Shown: positions 1 to 12,575 of the stretch, in pieces
Layout of the letters: each line of letters opens with the position of its first letter
Position numbering within the stretch: the first letter of the stretch is position 1
Assembly: GCA_000165425.1 (NCBI GenBank)
Contig: CT868655.1
Coordinates: 1-64,000 of the forward strand
DNA: 64,000 nucleotides
Source: Paramecium tetraurelia
Taxonomy: Eukaryota
Direction of reading: 5' to 3'
The notes under the pieces: model-generated
The model's input: the letters and a program-made list of their open reading frames with translations, nothing else
What the model was told of the DNA's origin: nothing
Databases searched by the model: none
Made by a program: the position numbers and the translations under genes

Positions 1-1476
1 GAAAGGTTACTAAGATGAAGGACCTGTAGATCGACTCCCATTTGGACAGCAAATGGGCCAAATATTCCATGATTTAAGGCCCTCCGAAGTATGGTTTGAT
101 AGTTTTGGAGAAGAGAAAAACTTTTTAAAAGATTTTCAGTCAGATCACCTCAGGAATAGTCAGTATTTATCAGAATATGCCAATAAAATAATTAAAGGAA
201 GGATAAATAAAAGTGATACCAGAGTTGATCTAAGCCCGGATGATTATACAAAGATGGGATAGGTTCCCGGATAAGAAGCCCAAGATATGGGTTAAGTAGG
301 ATTCTAAGAGATCCTTCCATTTGATGATTGATGACCTGGATATATTACACCATTTATTCCTACATAGAGTTTAGATGGATAATCTGAAGGCTTATTACCA
401 AGATGCCAATAGAGAGGGTATTCAATTAATCCAATCTGACTGGTCTTAATTTATAAAGCATTGCTATGGGGAAGAAGGAAGATTGTTTAAGTGAAGTAGA
501 GGAACTTGAGTAGAGGTAATTCAAGGGAAAGTTCGCAGGTTAGGAATATGTTCTAAGTGCTGGATGAAAACAGACAGCTTTAACAACAACAATAGTAGCC
601 TACTATTGAGGAAAAGTTATCTGACCAAGAGTCTCAGCTGAGTTAAGAGAAATCTAAGAAGCTGATGGTCAGTTCTTAAGTGACCACTTAGACATAGTAG
701 CCGAAGGCATAAATCCAAAGAGAACTCCAGGACATCCTAAGAAAAGAGGAAGCCTTAAGGGTAGCTCAGATAGCTGATGAGAAGAAGGACAATAACCTTT
801 ATCCTGAGGATATATTTCCAGAAGGCTTGAGCAAGTTTGTGGAGCATTATGGCTTGACGAGTTATGTAAAACTATCCCTGAAGCTGAATTACGGGTACTT
901 GACTACACCTCCTAGAAATAATGGAGAATTCGCTTATTAGACCAATAGAATGAAGTTGTTTGAGAATATTAACCAGAGGATGTTAACGCTGGGCAAGTTT
1001 ACTAGGGCTGAAATGGTTTGCAAGTGGATAACCTAACATAGGGATGCAAAGTTGTGATCGATGCCATATATGATGGGTCGAATGTGATCCTGTACCTGGG
1101 ATAAAACAATTAATGTAGATTTATCGAACTGAGATTGCTAAGACAAAAGGGGGTAGAAAGATGGTTTAAGGTAATACAAGACAAGTTATAGGGTCTGATG
1201 GTGATAGTTAATATCCTTAGCGAAATTGTTAACCACCAAGGGTACGCTAGGTTGGCCTTTGATGATTTGATGATGTGTCCTATGTGCGTTTAGACCTACG
1301 AAAAGAAAGAGATATTCCAACACTCCTGTGTTGCAAGTAACAGATATGAATAAGTAGAAATAAACGAATTAAATCAAACTTAATCAAAAAAGTAGCTAAA
1401 AAATTTCTATATCACTTTGAACTAGATCTTTAACCACTAAGAGATATTAAGTAGTGAGCATTAGGTTTAGTTTTGA
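1..1476 (+). pseudogene. Decayed intronless ORF with C-terminal C2HC zinc finger (copy A; probable mobile-element ORF1-like fossil), 5' truncated by the window edge
   Basis: Frame 3 is open from 3 to about 490 in the ciliate code (…MIIQRWDRFPDKKPKIWVKQDSKRSFHLMIDDLDILHHLFLHR…), followed by several frameshifts and TGAs. It ends in DDLMMCPMCVQTYEKKEIFQHSC (1261-1329). It is visibly GC-richer than the flanks, has no short introns, and is homologous to 2909-4592(-). Confidence 0.6.
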
Positions 1477-2908
1477 TTTAAATAGAGAAAATTTGATAAA
1501 CTAATTATGCTTCTGTTTTTTTAAATTAATTCATTTTCTTCAGGAATGTTCTCTAACGAAATTTGATGCTATAATGAGTATAAATTCCTCAAAGTTTTAT
1601 TGTTTTAAGGCACAAAAATCATTGTAGATTTTATATTAATGGAAAGATTTATATAAATTATTTCATCTTGCTTTTCAATTTCATTTTAATGAGAAATATG
1701 GTTTCTTAATAATTTCATATAAATATATAGTATACATTCATATTTTGTTAGCTAAAATTAAATTCATATACTTAAATTAAATCAATTAAATCCTCATCCT
1801 CTCTGAAAGTCAATTATTTGTTAGTATACATTTAAGAGAAATCCTTATAGAGCCAATATTAATATACGAATCGAGTTATTTAAGGTACAAAACTATAAGT
1901 TCTCAAACCTCAAGTTTGTTGAACTAATTTTACAATATATTTTATCAATATATACTAAAATTCATCCATAAACATTATCTTATAAATTAAGAAAAATTAT
2001 TTTCACTATTTCTATTTTCTGAATGAAGAATTATTTTTTATAAATTAATTAGTTTAGGTGAAAATAATTAGAGCGAAATTCACAATAAGTTGAATGATAT
2101 TCAAAGTTAATTATTTGAGTTAATTTGAACTAATTCTTAGATCATCAATATGTCTTCAGTTTCAAAATATAAAGTGAAGAAATTTTGTGAAATATATTTG
2201 ATTATAGGTATATATATATTTATTAAATTTAATTTATGTTAGGGTAGATAAGATAGGCATAATTTATCTCCAAATCTGATAAATTATATTAATATTAATA
2301 ATTTTTATAAATGATTTCCGATTCCTGTCGCGTAAGAATGGGATTTTTTAATATTAAAGCAGCATGCAACATAATGTGGCTATACAATCAAGCTAGCAAG
2401 ATTAAATAATGAAAGAAAAAGGTATTAAATAACACTTTGATTATAATTTTTTAAACTAAATGAATAATATTCTAATTTTTTGAAGCCCTAATGGTATATA
2501 AGATGAGGTTAATAAATATGAAGGTAATTTTCAAAAGGTAATAAACTGTTTCAACCAAAAATTATTTTATTATAAGTCATCGCTAAAATAGATTGCAGCA
2601 TTTAAAGATTTGAATTTTAAGGAATTTAATAATAAGTAATGGCTATTTAAATACTTTTAGAAAATTTTATTCAAGTTCTCAAATAATAATGAATTAAATC
2701 ACCACTAAAATTAAATCGAGAAAAAAAAATTTCCTTCTATCTATTCCTTCTAATTTAAAGATATTTAAATAAAGGCTTTACTATTTGAAAAACACTTGGA
2801 TAATAGATGTTATAAACAATATTATTTTGCTGTATTTGGTCATTACGATTTGTATCAAATCTATAGTTAAATGGTAGACAAATAATAATAATGATGTTGA
2901 ATAATCTA

Positions 2909-4592
2909 TCATTCTGGACGGCCCTTTGGAAGTTCAGGTCCAGACTTGTTGGACAGGAGTGTTTGAAGATGTGCTCCAGTTAAAGCTATGCCAGCATAGC
3001 GGGCAGGCATTATGTCATCTAAACTGATCCTTACTAATCCATATCTCTTCTCTTCGTGTCTGCATTCCGCAAATTTATCCATGATAAGTTTCCAAATCAC
3101 AATATTCTCATCATCTCTAATCTATCTCCAAAATAGCTTCGCCCTTGGTTACATTTCCATCCTTATCACCAATATATACATGGTTAAAGGTTCTCCTTGA
3201 AAAATACTTGAATGTCTGTTCCAATATACAGAAAGTCTATTGTGGATGGTAATCCTCTAAACTCTTGATCTAGTTCATTTAGGCTTCCAGTCGGCAGTTC
3301 TTCAAACTTCTATTTTACAATTAATTTGGTTCTTAATTCCCTCAACCATCTCTTCTCTCTCTTATAAGTACTAAGTCTCCATCTGGCGTTTCGATAACTC
3401 CAAGAATCTCCAGTTCAACTTAATAAAAATGTTTCAGGTATTTGTACATCCAATTTATTCCACAAAGCTATGAAGTCCCACCGTAAAAAAGTTCCTCTGG
3501 ATCAATTCAACACCTCTCCCTTCCTTCTCCGAAGCTTAACTGATTTAATTCAGAACATTCTCCATTCCTTTGATCTCAATTAGTTCCTTATGTACAAGAC
3601 TTTTTTGTTTAATAACAATCCCACTTTGGGGGTCAATCTTCATCTTTCTAAACATTTGTTAGCTTCGGACTGATTCGGCGTCTGACAATCTCTCCTCTAC
3701 TATAGGTTCTCCTTCCGCTTTTCCAGCTGCCATATTCCTTTCTAGCTACCTAAATATTTTATTATATTTCTCCTTGGGTTAGCTTCACGACTTTTGTTTA
3801 TCTACCTTCCTAACACCTTTCTGTATGATCCTCTCGCCGCGCAAATATAATCAGACCAATCCTGTTAAATTAACTAAATCTCATCTCTGTCCACATCCTA
3901 GTAAAACGATACAAGGTTATCTACCTATGATTTATGGAGGAATACATCATGTAATAAATCCAAATCTTCCACAAAAAAATGGAAGATTCTCTTGGACATT
4001 ACATCTCCAAATATTATGGTGTCTCTATCCGAGAATGAGTCCCACTTATGTACTATCATCCTTGCCTATACCATTCCCGATAATGTGTTTATGTAACCAT
4101 TCTTTTAAATTCTGATTGTCGTTTCTGATAGAATCTGGTCACTCCTGAAAAATCCATTTGAAAATCTTTTAAAAAATTTCTTTCTCTTCCAGCCTTTTTG
4201 ATCCATTATTTTGGGAGTGATATTGAGAGGGGCCTTCATCTTTTGTTATTTGGCCAATTTGGGGTTAATATCCACTTTAAGTCCCTTCTCCAACATTTTT
4301 ATTCTCAGCACCTTTCTCACTCCTTACGACCTTTCTTCCTTCTCTAACCAGCAGCTTCTTAATCTCTTGAAAGCTAGGTCCATTTCCGTCTCTCCTTGTT
4401 TAGGTTTTGAGCCTTCAATGAATAAGACTTTTAAAATGGGGTCCTCCAATTCCCCTTTGTCTAAGAAAGCCCGTCTAAGGCATTCTACTGCAAGAGAATC
4501 CTCGTAGCCACTTCTTTGGGGGGATGTCGATAGAAATTGCCCCTAAGAAGAACTGTTTCTCTTGGAACCAGAAGTGTAACTTTTCTTGACAT
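2909..4592 (-). pseudogene. Decayed intronless ORF with C-terminal C2HC zinc finger (copy B, paralogue of 1-1476)
   Basis: The minus strand gives MIVHKWDSFSDRDTIIFGDVMSKRIFHFFVEDLDLLHDVFLHKSQVDNLVSFYQD…QLIQQDWSDYI and, across frameshifts, LDDIM-CPLC…IFKHSC, collinear with copy A. Multiple frameshifts and stops. Confidence 0.6.
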
Positions 4593-6723
4593 TTTAAATT
4601 TTAAAAAATATTATCAATGATAGACAAATTATTTTTCTTTCTGCAATTCGTATGATAAAGCACTCATTAATTTTTGATTATTTTGAATTTCCCTTTTATT
4701 AAAGTTGATTCATTCTTTCAAAAGATCATCATTTAGATTTAGTGTAATTATCTATTAAATATAGCCATTTCAAAACAAATACAAATAGAATTTTTATAAA
4801 GGACAATTTCTGAGATTATGATATAAACTAGATGATTAATAATACTGTTTAAGTTCTATATCAATAATTAAGATCCTAGAAAGTCGAGGGATTATGAAAG
4901 ATTCAAATAGATAAAGAGTTGTAAAGTGACATATTAAGCAGAATGAAATTTTTTTACAAATAGTAATTTGTTGAATATAACTATTTTTTAAATATTTTGA
5001 ACTCACTAGGAAATTAATCAAAATTTAAAAACAATAATATTCCTTACGAAAGTATTATTCACTGAAACTACATTTTTTTGTGATCTATGATTTGAACATT
5101 TCTTTAAACCTTGAATTTTTGATTTAACAATTTAATTAATGTTTTCACAAAGTGAATCTGAAATTGAAAATTTTTTTCATATATTCTTGTTTATCTGAGA
5201 TTCAGGTTTTAAGAGAGCTATATCTTCTCTTTTTTCCCAATTCAATTCTTTTATTCTGTTTCTCTTTAGATCTAATTTTATTTAGATTTTCAATTGATAA
5301 AGGAAGTACCTCCTTTAAGAGTAGGCCTTTGTTAAAGCTCTTTATTAAAATTTTTCAATTTTGGAGATTTATTTATACTATATGAGTAATTAGTTTATCT
5401 AATCATTATAAAATACATTCAAATTGAATCCTTCTTAGCCAAAAGCATATATCCTTTTTCTTAGCTAGAATATTTAAGGCCTTTACTTTGATTCATATTC
5501 AATTAAGTTAAGCTAATTTTGTTTACCAATATAAAAACGAGACAAATCAAAATAATATAAATGTCAAAATTATGGGGACTAGAAAGGCCAAATGATGGAA
5601 CAAAAAGTATAAATGGATTGTTCAAGAAAATTGTAGTTTAGTGTTTTGGTAATTAAAATAATGAAACCTTCTTTTTATCTCTATGACATATTTTCGATAA
5701 TAGTCCTTAATTTCAAAGAAATGTAAATTAATTATAAATAATAATCAATAAAAATTTTCCTATAGAATTAAGGAAAGAAAGTAAATGATCAGCAATGTGA
5801 TTAATATTTCCTTTACTTTTAAAATGATATTCTTAATTGGATGTAGAATTTTTATTTTAGAATTTAATAAATATCTTTAGAGTGGAAAACAAATTTTTCA
5901 AAAATGAATAGATGAGTTCTATATATTTGTTAAATAATAAATATATCAAAAAAGTATCATACTATTATTTAAATAAAATTAACAAAAATGGAATAATCAT
6001 TAGATTTAACAAAGAAATGAAAATTCAACCTTTAAAATTTCAAATGATTAAATATCTACCTATTTTATTAAACTAAACTAGCTTATGAAAATTTTGCATG
6101 CATTAAACAGTTTTAAATTTATAATGATCTTTAAAGGAAAAATTAATTAGGATTATTTAAATATATAATTAATCAAACGAAAATATAGACTTTGGAATAA
6201 TCGTATTAATTTAATAAAAATCCAAATATATTGTTGAACGGGAGTATCCTTCCACAGCTAATAGAGTAATTATTTTCACAATATTTTTTTAATCCAAAAA
6301 TGAAATAGATTGATGTATACTGATTTAAAAATGATGGTGAGAAGAACAATTAAATTTCAATTATGCTAAATTCCATAAAAGTGATAATATAAATATATGT
6401 CTCCAATATTAATTTGTATCTAGCCAATAAAATATTTGAAATTTATTGACCTAAGATTCTCATCTCTTTAATTTCGATTCGTAAATTATCTATTTAAATA
6501 ATCTTGATTTTATTTTTCTTTAAAGATCAACCATAATAAAATTTGGAACCCTTTTTAACAACATGATTTAATTTATTAATAAATCAAAGGAATAAAAGAG
6601 TTGTGAATTACTTAAGAAGATTATATAAAATTTAAAATCATTTTTAAAATAAAAATATTTTATCAGAGATTAGGAACAAATATATTAATTAAAGTAATTA
6701 TGAAATAATTTGAGGATTTCGTT

Positions 6724-8158
6724 ATGAAATGCCCAAATCCATAGCATACAAAGAATGTGAACTAAGTGTGCTTTAATGAATTTTGTAGAGAGTAGAGATT
6801 ATGTTGTCATGAATGTGTGCAAAGTGGAAGGCATTTTTCTCATCCTCAAAATTTATAAGAGTTGTCGTTTTTATTTGAACATATAGAATAAGTTAAAAAA
6901 CAATCTGATAATATCATTAATGGTGCAAATGCAAAAATGGATTATATTTATCAATTTTACTCATTATTAATTGGAGGAATTAGATCTAAATACTAGATGT
7001 CGAAAATATAATTTCTTACCTTAAATTTTGATGAAATTGATTCTTTCATATAACAAAGTATACAGTTCAAATGATTTGAACTCTATATCCAATAGCTATT
7101 ATAACAATTTATATTGAAAATTAAAGATGTGATGAAAGAGATTCAAATTGAATTAGGTTTAACTCAATTAAATTACTATAAAATTTCGAAAATTAATCTT
7201 GTAAAATCAGAAGAATTGTATTAATAAGGTATTAATTTAATAATTTAGGATATAACCTATATTGGAAAGATAAATAATTTGATCAGGCTATTAACTTATT
7301 TGATTAAGCATTAAATTTCAATTAAAAGCATTAATTATCATTATGGTGTAAAGGTTTGATAAATTGAATATCTTAGCGGACAGTTTAAGGATTCTTGGCT
7401 AATATAATGAAGCTACCATTTGGGTCGATAAAGCTTTGCAGGTTGATCCAAGGCATTGCAACTCATTATATAGTAAAGGTAGTGTGAAATTTAATGTATT
7501 AGCTGACATTTTAAGGTTGGTCGGTTAATATCACGAAGCAATTCTTTGGGCTGATAGAGCTTTGTTAGAAGATCCAAACCATTTCAATTCAATATCTACT
7601 AAAGGTATGAATTATTTTAGATGATTAGCGGACAGTTTAAGGATTCTTGGATAATATGATGAAGCAGTTATTTGGGCAGATAAAGCTTTGCAATTAAATC
7701 CAAAGTTGCGCGATTCATTATGCACCAAAGGTATGATTAGATTCAATGTACAGCGGAGAGCTTAAGGGGGCTTGGTTAATATGATGAAGCAATCATTTGG
7801 GCAGATAAAGCCTTATAAGTGGATCAAAAGCATTGCAGTTCATTATATATTAAAGGTACTCTTTGATTCTAATTTTAGGTAATTCATTAAGATTACTGAA
7901 AAAGTATAAAGAAGCTATGAAAGTGATAGAGCAATCTTTAAAAATTAATCCAAATCATTTTGATTCTTTGAAGATAAAAGGTTTATTGTATGATAATTAA
8001 TAGGTGCGTGTTTACATGATTAGAGTTAATATAAAGAAGCTTTAATATTTATGAAAAAGCTTTAAAGATTGACTCAAATAACTAATGGATGAAACAAAGA
8101 AAAAGTATTCTATTTTGACTATTTAGATGAATGTTTAAGCGCCTTAAAAAATAAGTGA
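6724..8158 (+). pseudogene. Zn-module + TPR-repeat protein, disrupted (in-frame TGA at 7072-7074; 1-nt deletion near 8050)
   Basis: N-terminus MKCPNPQHTKNVNQVCFNEFCREQRLCCHECVQSGRHFSH. TPR exons 7377-7478, 7503-7604, 7629-7730, 7754-7855 and 7879-7980 are each 102 nt (e.g. ADSLRILGQYNEATIWVDKALQVDPRHCNSLYSK). The last TPR exon (8004-8104) is 101 nt. No plausible intron removes the TGA. Confidence 0.75.
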
Positions 8159-8675
8159 TTAATATCATTAAAGATTAAGAAATATTTAAATACATTCTTT
8201 AAATCAGAAATAGATCGATACTTATTTATTGGTCAAAGCCTAGCGCTTTCTTATAAATTAACAATTAACATCAAAATGCTACATGGCTTTGGCTTTGTTT
8301 GAACAAAAAAATGTGCCTTGATAATAATATATCGATTCCCAGGATATTAAATATTTTCAAAAACAAGATAATATGCATTAAAATTAATATAAATTATAGA
8401 AAACATATACTTAGGTCAATTTAATCATCCAGATTAGGGATAGATGAGTGTTTATTCCTCTGAAGGTTACATATTTACTTTTAAAGAATAACATTTAACT
8501 TGGTTGAATGAATACATTATACTAATATCAAGATAAATTTAGTTCTTAATAAAAAATATTTAATGATTTTCTTGAAGTAATTAGATTCTAAGCTAAGCTT
8601 ACAAAGTTAAATTTATAATACAGATAATATTAAATCTAATTAGAATCAAAATTTTGACATAAATTTTAATCTAAT

Positions 8676-10142
8676 TCATAATTCTTTATATTTTCTAATT
8701 TATAGTTTCCTCTTTACGATATCCCAATTTATTAAATAACATCCATCTTAACTTAGTTATCCAAAGTTAATATGGTCATCAAATTGGATGAGCTATTCAA
8801 CCACAAACTAATTATTATCATCTAACTTTCTTAAGATATTAATGAACTTTCCATTTTTATTAATTAGAATTCCTTTTGATTTTAAATACTATAATTGAAA
8901 ATAACTAGTATCATGCTGTGAACCACACTTTACTGGAATATCAATAGTCTTTTTATACTATAAAGTTGATTGATCCAAATCATACACTTGCATAAATTCT
9001 GAGCAATAAGGTTAATACACAAACTAATTATTATTTATAAAAGAAATTCGATATCCATATTAGTTAACTTCTATAAATTATTTAACAATCCACTTCTAAT
9101 CCAGCTCTCGTAATTGCATCACATAGAGGCTTTTATCTAAAGAACAAGAAATCAATTGATTTTATTGCTCATTTAAGCTTATTGAATGAATACTTTTATT
9201 ATGTTCATTTACGGTTTATTGTAATATCCAATCATATTATTTTCCCCAAAATTTTATAGTGCAATCTTTACTGCTTGAGATAATAAGATCTTCTTTATTA
9301 TTCACTATTAAGCAGAGAATACAATTTGAGTGTCCAGTTAATTATTGCTGCTTCACCCATTTAAATTAGACTTGTTACCAGATTATAATTGTGCTATCGA
9401 AACTACCAGAGACAAACCTATCGGATTTCATCATAAAATTCAAAGTCACTACATTTTCTTTATGTTCGTTTAAGGTTTAATTATAATTCAACTTCCCTTT
9501 ATCATGTTTATAGACTTTTATTAGCTAATCACACGCAGCTAGAACAATAGAATCATCTTTATTAAATGCTATTGCGCGACACCCTTCAGTTTATTAAATC
9601 GAATTTTATTCAATTAGTTCAAATGAAATTTTTTTTTGATATTGTTACGTTTAAATTTATATAGTGTTTTATAAATTTCTTGTTTAAACTAGAGCATTAA
9701 TTGGTTGTTTTTCTGTTGCTACCTTTTTCATGTTTTATCTTATTTGATCAGCTATTAATATTATAAAATCCATAGATTGCTTTAGTTCACTTTAAAACAG
9801 TATTTCCAATTCTTAGATTTAACTGAAGCACTTGATCTTATTACTAAGTTCAGAAAGTCCTAAATTTTCGGCATTTATATTGATTAATGGAATAAATAAA
9901 TCTATTATTGTTTAAAGTGATGATTTGCATTCTTAAAAGCTGTACTACATAACTTGAAAAGCTTCATATTTTTCTTGCATCCAATTGGATAAAAATTCTA
10001 AAGGTATTGTATTAACAAAATGTTAAGAGTGACTAATTTAACAATAATGACAGTAAGGTCTCTGATATTGACATTCTGGATCTATGCAAGCTCCAATTAT
10101 CTATAAATTTTAGTGATTTGCTTAAGTACATCGAATTTCCAT
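8676..10142 (-). CDS. Zn-module + WD40-repeat protein
   Basis: N-terminus MEIRCTQANHQNLQIIGACIDPECQYQRPYCHYCQISHSQH. WD40 motifs FVSGSFDSTIIIW and GHSNCILCL…IISSSKDCTIKFW. Ends LQIRKYKEL*. Confidence 0.85.
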
Positions 10143-10493
10143 TTCTATTAAATAAAAAATAGAATATAGAAATAGCGAAAATTATTATGGCTTAGCAATT
10201 TATTAAATAAGAAAAATGTTTATATATCTTACAAAAACTTAGATTGAAAATTGTTATGGCTTAAAATGATACTGAAATTTTTGAGGCTGACAACTTTCCT
10301 ATTTTTAGTAATTTTTACTATTTAATGAATTTTTCAAAATATTTGTACAACTCATAAAGATTTTGTCATATATTCTGTATCTTAGAGAATTTCTAATAAT
10401 TGTTGTAATATTAATTATAAACATTATTATTAGTAAAATTGTATGCTTGCTGAATGAATTCTTACATTCATTAATATAAATTATAATAAATAG

Positions 10494-12471
10494 ATGATAT
10501 AATAATTTACACCTAGCTTATAAGAAATAGAAGAGCAAGAAAGCAATTATCATACAATTCTCAGTATAGATGGACCATGTATGTCGTAATTTTAAATTTA
10601 TAAGTAATTACTGTGGAGAATATGCCAAATGCAGAAATATATGAGGTAGTGAGGATAGGTTAGGAAAAGTTGCTCGGAGAGATTATTAAGTTGAAAGAAA
10701 GTGCTACATTCATATAATGCTTCGAAGATACATGTAATAAAAATATTAATGATAAGCTGGTTTGAGTGTGGGTGATCCTGTGATAAGAACTAGATCTCCA
10801 TTTTCTATTGAATTAGGGCCAGGTTTAAAATTAAATTGATATAGGTATTTTTACATAAGTTTTTGATGGAATTTAACGAAGATTATAAATCAATTAAGAT
10901 GGATCATTCTTTTATGGTTAAGGATAAATGAATATTTCAGCATTAGATCATGATAGAATTTGGGAATTTAAACCATCATCTAATTTTAAAGAAGGTAAAC
11001 TGATTTATGGTGGCGATATTTATGGGTCAGTTTTTGAAAACAATCTTTTTGATGAACATAAGATAATGGTAAATCCTTTAGTACAAGGTAGAGTTACCTA
11101 TATTGCCCCTGAAGGCAATTATACATTAAAAGATAATATTTTGGAAGTGGAAATTGAGGGCATAATAAATAAATATGGGATGAGTCATTTTTGGCCTGTT
11201 AGATAGAAAAGGCCAATAGTTGAAAAATTAGAAGGTAATACTCCACTTCTTACAGGAATAAGAGTACTTGATGGGCTGTATCCATCAGTCTAAGGAGGTA
11301 CTTGTTGTGCATCAGTGAGTTCAATCGGTGGTAAAATTTTTATATCTCAGTCGATTAGTAAAAATTCAAATTCTAATTGCAATATATATGTGGGATGTGG
11401 AGAAAATGAATTTGATATTTTTAGAGTAATTGATGAATTTTATGACCAAAAAATTCCAATTAAAGATCATTAAGAGTCCATAGCATAAAAGACATGTTTG
11501 ATTTCTAATTCTTCAAAAATGGTAACACCCACGACTGAAATATCGGTTTTTACAGGGATAACGATTGGTGAATATTTTAGGGATATGGGGTTAAATGTGT
11601 CTTTTATTGTTGATTCAACAAATCAATGGTCTTAGGCTGTAAATTAAATTTAAGAGAAATTGGGTGAAATACTACCATCAGAGACATAATCCGAAGTTCT
11701 TACAGCAAAAATAGGGCAATTTTATAATAGAGCAGGAAGGGTGAGATGCTTAGGTTCACCAGAGAGAATTGGATCAATTACTATGGTTGGAATTGCCACA
11801 CAATCAGAAGGAGTATAATTATGTATTTAAATCATTAGGACTGGGCCAACTCTATAACTAATTGCACAATTAATAATTCTTAAGTCTTTTGGTTATTAGA
11901 CAAGAGATTATCCTAAAGAAATCATTTTCCTACTTTCGACAGGATTAGTTCAAATTCTAAATATGAATAACTATTAGATCCATATTATAGTTCCATAAAT
12001 CCTGAATTTAATCGTTTAAAAGAGAAGTTATAATACATTTTGAGTAAAGAATTAGAACTTATTAAAATAATATAATTAGGAGAAAAACCTTTATTAGATG
12101 AATAGCAATTATCTTTGGAAGTAACTTCTAGTTGATTATTAGATAAACCAAATAATTATAGAACAATTCATATATCAAAATACATTCAATGATTACGATG
12201 ATAACTGTCCTCTTCCAAAAACAATAGGTATGATGAAATGTATAGTTACCTTTTATGAATGTGCATAAAAGGCCATTCAAGATGAACAATTTACTTGGAA
12301 CTTAATAAAGTAAAAAGCAAAAGATCAAATCTACAAGTTGAATGGAATGAAGTTTTATGTATAATATTTTACATCATAATATAGAAAATTAAAAAATCAG
12401 AGCTAGAAAATCATTTTAATAATTTTGCAAATGAAATTTAATTTTTATTTAAAAATTTACAAGAAGGATGA
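10494..12471 (+). CDS. V-type H+-ATPase subunit A-like protein, divergent, with degenerate Walker A
   Basis: Collinear with V1-A: GLSVGDPVIRTRSPFSIELGPG, WPVR, PLLTGIRVLDGLYPSVQGGT, YVGCGE, GITIGEYFRDMG, RAGRVRCLGSPERIGSIT, VFWLLDKRLSQRNHFP. Several short introns; TGA at 12469-12471. Confidence 0.9.
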
Positions 12472-12575
12472 GTATTTCAACAATTTATAAATGATTATAA
12501 CAATAATTAATATTATTAAATTAAATATATAACTTTTAAGAATGTTTAGTGTTTATGATCATTTAAATATATTCT

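Noticed and set aside
53..262. ORF-track 69-aa protein MGQIFHDL…
   Set aside because: Comparison with the paralogue at 2909-4592 shows the conserved reading frame is the adjacent one (frame 3).
7072..7074. In-frame TGA as selenocysteine or readthrough
   Set aside because: The context is not redox-like, I see no SECIS-like hairpin, and a second lesion lies in the same gene.
7354..7980. Regularly spaced ~126-nt repeats suggestive of a CRISPR-like array
   Set aside because: These are TPR-coding exons separated by GT-AG introns in a eukaryotic gene.
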